Below, one piece after another: positions 49,573-51,967 of a stretch of DNA of 51,967 bases. Location: NCBI GenBank assembly GCA_902788975.1, contig CADAMI010000002.1, positions 1 through 51,967 on the forward strand, in the 5' to 3' direction. A program made the translations under genes and the position numbers. How positions within the stretch are numbered: position 1 is the stretch's first letter; the number at the start of each line of letters is the position of its first letter. This stretch comes from an uncultured Erysipelotrichaceae bacterium. GTDB lineage: Bacteria; Bacillota_I; Bacilli_A; RF39; UBA660. The notes beneath the pieces were generated by a model. The model was not told the DNA's origin. It worked only from the letters and a program-made list of their open reading frames with translations, and searched no databases.

Positions 49573-49709
49573 GAATGTTAATAAATGACATTCTTTTATT
49601 ATAATTAATAATAAAAATTAACACGAAGTTAAGTTCGTTAAAATTCCAGAAAAAGTATTGACAAATATGATTATAAATGGTATTATTAAGACACATAAGA
49701 AATTATGTA

Positions 49710-49830
49710 TAAAAAAGTGAGTGAAGCCAGCTCTATAAATGGCAATTAAAAAAGTGAGTGAAGCCAGCTCTATAAATGGCAATTAAAAAAGTGAGTGAAG
49801 CCAGCTCTATAAATGGCAATTAAAAAAGTG
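49710..49830 (+). ncRNA. toxI: Type III antitoxin ToxI: 3 perfect 37-nt tandem repeats plus a partial copy
   Basis: Unit AAAAAAGTGAGTGAAGCCAGCTCTATAAATGGCAATT at 49711, 49748, 49785; H-type pseudoknot GAGU/GCUC and GCCA/UGGC; promoter TTGACA(49658)-17-TATTAT(49681). Confidence 0.93.
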
Positions 49831-49856
49831 GATTAGAGAAATTACTCTAATCCTTT
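49830..49856 (+). terminator. Terminator between toxI and toxN
   Basis: GGATTAGAG-AAATTA-CTCTAATCC-TTT. Confidence 0.88.
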
Positions 49857-49884
49857 ATTCTCTATTTTATGTGAGGTGGTGCAG

Positions 49885-50409
49885 ATGTATAAGAGTTTAA
49901 AAATAGTAAAAATTGATTCAAAGTATTGTGATTTTTTAAGACATTTTGATAATAAAGTTCCATATAATATAGGTAATAAAGAACTAAGACCATTCATTGG
50001 TGTTCTATTTAATGTTGGAAAATATGAATATTTTGCTCCACTATCCAGTCCAAAAGAAAAACATAAAAGAATTAAAAACACTTTGGATTTAATAAAAATA
50101 CAAGATGGTGAATTAGGGGTAATTAATTTCAATAATATGATTCCAGTTGTGAATAATAATTATATTGAATTTGATTTAAGTAAAAAAGGTAAGGATAAAT
50201 TTAATTTGTATAGAATAGAATTATTAACTAATCAATTAAGATGGTTAACTGCCAACAAAAAAATTATTTATACTAAATCAAGATTGTTATATAATTTATA
50301 TAAATTTGATAAATTACCTAAGAATGTTAGAAATAGATGTTGTAACTTTCCTTTGTTGGAAGAAAAATGTATGGAATATAATGAAAGTAAGATTCCACAA
50401 GAAGTATAA
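49885..50409 (+). CDS. toxN: Type III toxin ToxN/AbiQ family endoribonuclease
   Basis: D.KVPYN...RPFIGVL...YFAPLSSPK...INFNNMIPV...CCNF.LLEEKC; follows repeat array and terminator; ATG chosen from RBS GAGGTG. Confidence 0.94.
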   Translation: MYKSLKIVKIDSKYCDFLRHFDNKVPYNIGNKELRPFIGVLFNVGKYEYFAPLSSPKEKHKRIKNTLDLIKIQDGELGVINFNNMIPVVNNNYIEFDLSKKGKDKFNLYRIELLTNQLRWLTANKKIIYTKSRLLYNLYKFDKLPKNVRNRCCNFPLLEEKCMEYNESKIPQEV

Positions 50410-50412
50410 ATA

Positions 50413-50443
50413 AGAAAACTGATATTTTTATATCAGTTTTCTA
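50413..50443. terminator. Bidirectional terminator between toxN and clpP
   Basis: AGAAAACTGATA...TATCAGTTTTCT. Confidence 0.75.
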
Positions 50444-51005
50444 GTATTTTATCAATGATACCGTAATCTAGAGCTTCGTCTGATGACATATAATAATCTC
50501 TATCGGTATCTTTTTCTATTTGTTTTAATGTTTTTTTAGTATTCTTAGCAAGAATAGTATTTAATTTTTTTCTTAGATTGATGATTCTTTTTGCGACAAT
50601 GTCAATTTCAGTTGCTTGACCTTGAACACCACCTAGAGGTTGATGAATCATGACTTCACTATTAGGTAAACAATAACGTTTACCTTTTTTACCACATGAA
50701 AGTAAGAAAGCAGCCATTGATGCAGCCATACCAACACAAGTAGTTGAGACATCTGACTTAATAAAATTCATCGTATCATATATAGCCATACCAGATGTAA
50801 TAGATCCACCTGGGGAATTAATATATAATTGAATATCATTTTGATTTAAACTATCTAAATACAACAACTGTGCTATTATAACATTAGCTGTATCATCATT
50901 TATTTCACCACTTAAAAGAATAATTCTATTTTTTAAAAGTCTTGAGTAAATGTCATAAGCTCTTTCTCCTTGACTACTTTTTTCAATGACAGTTGGAATT
51001 AACAT
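50433..51005 (-). CDS. clpP: ATP-dependent Clp protease proteolytic subunit
   Basis: DIYSRLL..RII, YINSPGG, GMAASM, MIHQP, DRD. Confidence 0.97.
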   Translation of the reverse strand: MLIPTVIEKSSQGERAYDIYSRLLKNRIILLSGEINDDTANVIIAQLLYLDSLNQNDIQLYINSPGGSITSGMAIYDTMNFIKSDVSTTCVGMAASMAAFLLSCGKKGKRYCLPNSEVMIHQPLGGVQGQATEIDIVAKRIINLRKKLNTILAKNTKKTLKQIEKDTDRDYYMSSDEALDYGIIDKILEN

Positions 51006-51092
51006 AGTATCACCTAATAATATATTAAGTGATATTTTATATTTTATTATAAAAAGTATACGACAAATTTATCTAAATATGATACAATATTA

Positions 51093-51635
51093 TTGATAAT
51101 TATGAAAATAGAGAAAGTAGTTGTTGGTAAGCTTCATTGTAATTGTTATATTTTAAGTATTAATAATGAAGTTTTAGTAATAGATCCTGGTGATGATGGA
51201 AATAAAATTATTAAACTTATTGGTAATAGAAGGGTTTTAGGAATTATTATTACACATTATCATTTTGATCATATTGGAGCAGTTAATGATTTGATATTTA
51301 AGTACAATACCATTGTCTATGATAAGAATAATTTATCTGAAGGAATAAATAGAATAGGCAAATTTAAATTTGAGGTTATATATACACCCGGACATAAAGA
51401 TGATTTAATAACTATTTATTTTAAAGAAAGTAAAGTTATGTTTTGTGGGGATTTTATATTTAGGGATAGTATTGGTAGATGTGATTTAGATGATGGTAGT
51501 ATTTCTGATATGATAACATCTATTAATAAAATTAAAAAATATGATAAAGATGTTATTGTATATCCTGGGCATGGAGATATAACTACTTTAGGTTATGAAA
51601 TAAATAATAATCCGTATTTTAAAAATTATTTATAA
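51093..51635 (+). CDS. MBL-fold metallo-hydrolase (glyoxalase II-like)
   Basis: IDPG, THYHFDHIG, TPGH, GD..F...GR.D, YPGHG. Confidence 0.9.
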   Translation: MIIMKIEKVVVGKLHCNCYILSINNEVLVIDPGDDGNKIIKLIGNRRVLGIIITHYHFDHIGAVNDLIFKYNTIVYDKNNLSEGINRIGKFKFEVIYTPGHKDDLITIYFKESKVMFCGDFIFRDSIGRCDLDDGSISDMITSINKIKKYDKDVIVYPGHGDITTLGYEINNNPYFKNYL

Positions 51636-51645
51636 GGAGGTATTT

Positions 51646-51967
51646 ATGGAATTTCTAAATAAATATAAATATTACTTGATATTTGGAATTATCTTTATAA
51701 TTGGAATTATTGTCTTAATTATAGGAATTTATGCAAGAAATAATGTTGATATAGTTGATAACTATACATTATATTATATTGAATTAATGGGTGATAATAA
51801 AATTACTATCTATCAGGGAGAAGACTATTTAGAACCTGGATATAGGGGATATGATGATAATAACAATAATTTAACTAGTCAAGTAGAAGTAACTAATAAT
51901 ATTAATACTGATAATGTAGGAATATATAAAGTTATCTATAGTTTAAAAGATATAGTAAAGGAAAGAA
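51646..51967 (+). CDS. Membrane-anchored protein with DUF5011 Ig-like domain (runs off window end)
   Basis: RBS AGGAGG, N-terminal TM, then I.L.G...I.I..GE.Y.EPG..G.D....NLT..V......NT..VG.Y.V.Y. Confidence 0.75.
   Translation, partial: MEFLNKYKYYLIFGIIFIIGIIVLIIGIYARNNVDIVDNYTLYYIELMGDNKITIYQGEDYLEPGYRGYDDNNNNLTSQVEVTNNINTDNVGIYKVIYSLKDIVKER

Noticed and set aside
49710-49830. CRISPR array
   Set aside because: Repeats are directly tandem with no spacers, no cas genes are present, and a terminator plus toxN follow, so this is ToxI.

Overview
AT-rich chromosomal segment from a low-GC Bacilli-like bacterium. Genetic code 11 and the presence of mltG and a class B sortase argue for a walled organism; gene content resembles uncultured gut RF39-type Bacilli (inference). 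The backbone is almost all on the + strand: T-box/leuS, ireB-ruvX-DUF1292-mltG-trmR-trhP1-trhP2-greA-tig, three tRNAs, ackA, two fused ABC transporters, lepA, miaB-ymcA, RNase J, tsaE-tsaB-rimI-tsaD and clpP. Small accessory units sit between the core genes. They include the 3' end of an IS200/IS605 tnpB element with its omegaRNA interrupting a Bro-family gene, and stand-alone Bro-N, ORF6N and DinD genes. There are also two 30-aa membrane-peptide loci, absent from the ORF track, with full type I toxin-antitoxin architecture, an LPD3-like nuclease gene with a convergent hairpin sRNA plus a second orphan sRNA unit, and a type III ToxIN system. The most striking signal is a ~42-bp element (TTAAC-N5-GTTAA-T-ACATTTGTTTG-N9-TTGACA) found five times, each time directly in front of an accessory or toxin-like unit and usually abutting a core-gene terminator. 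It suggests an undescribed shared regulon or cassette-insertion system. Two secreted proteins share a TasA/SipW-type N-terminal domain fused to different cargo (a 1699-aa adhesin-like body; a dockerin).
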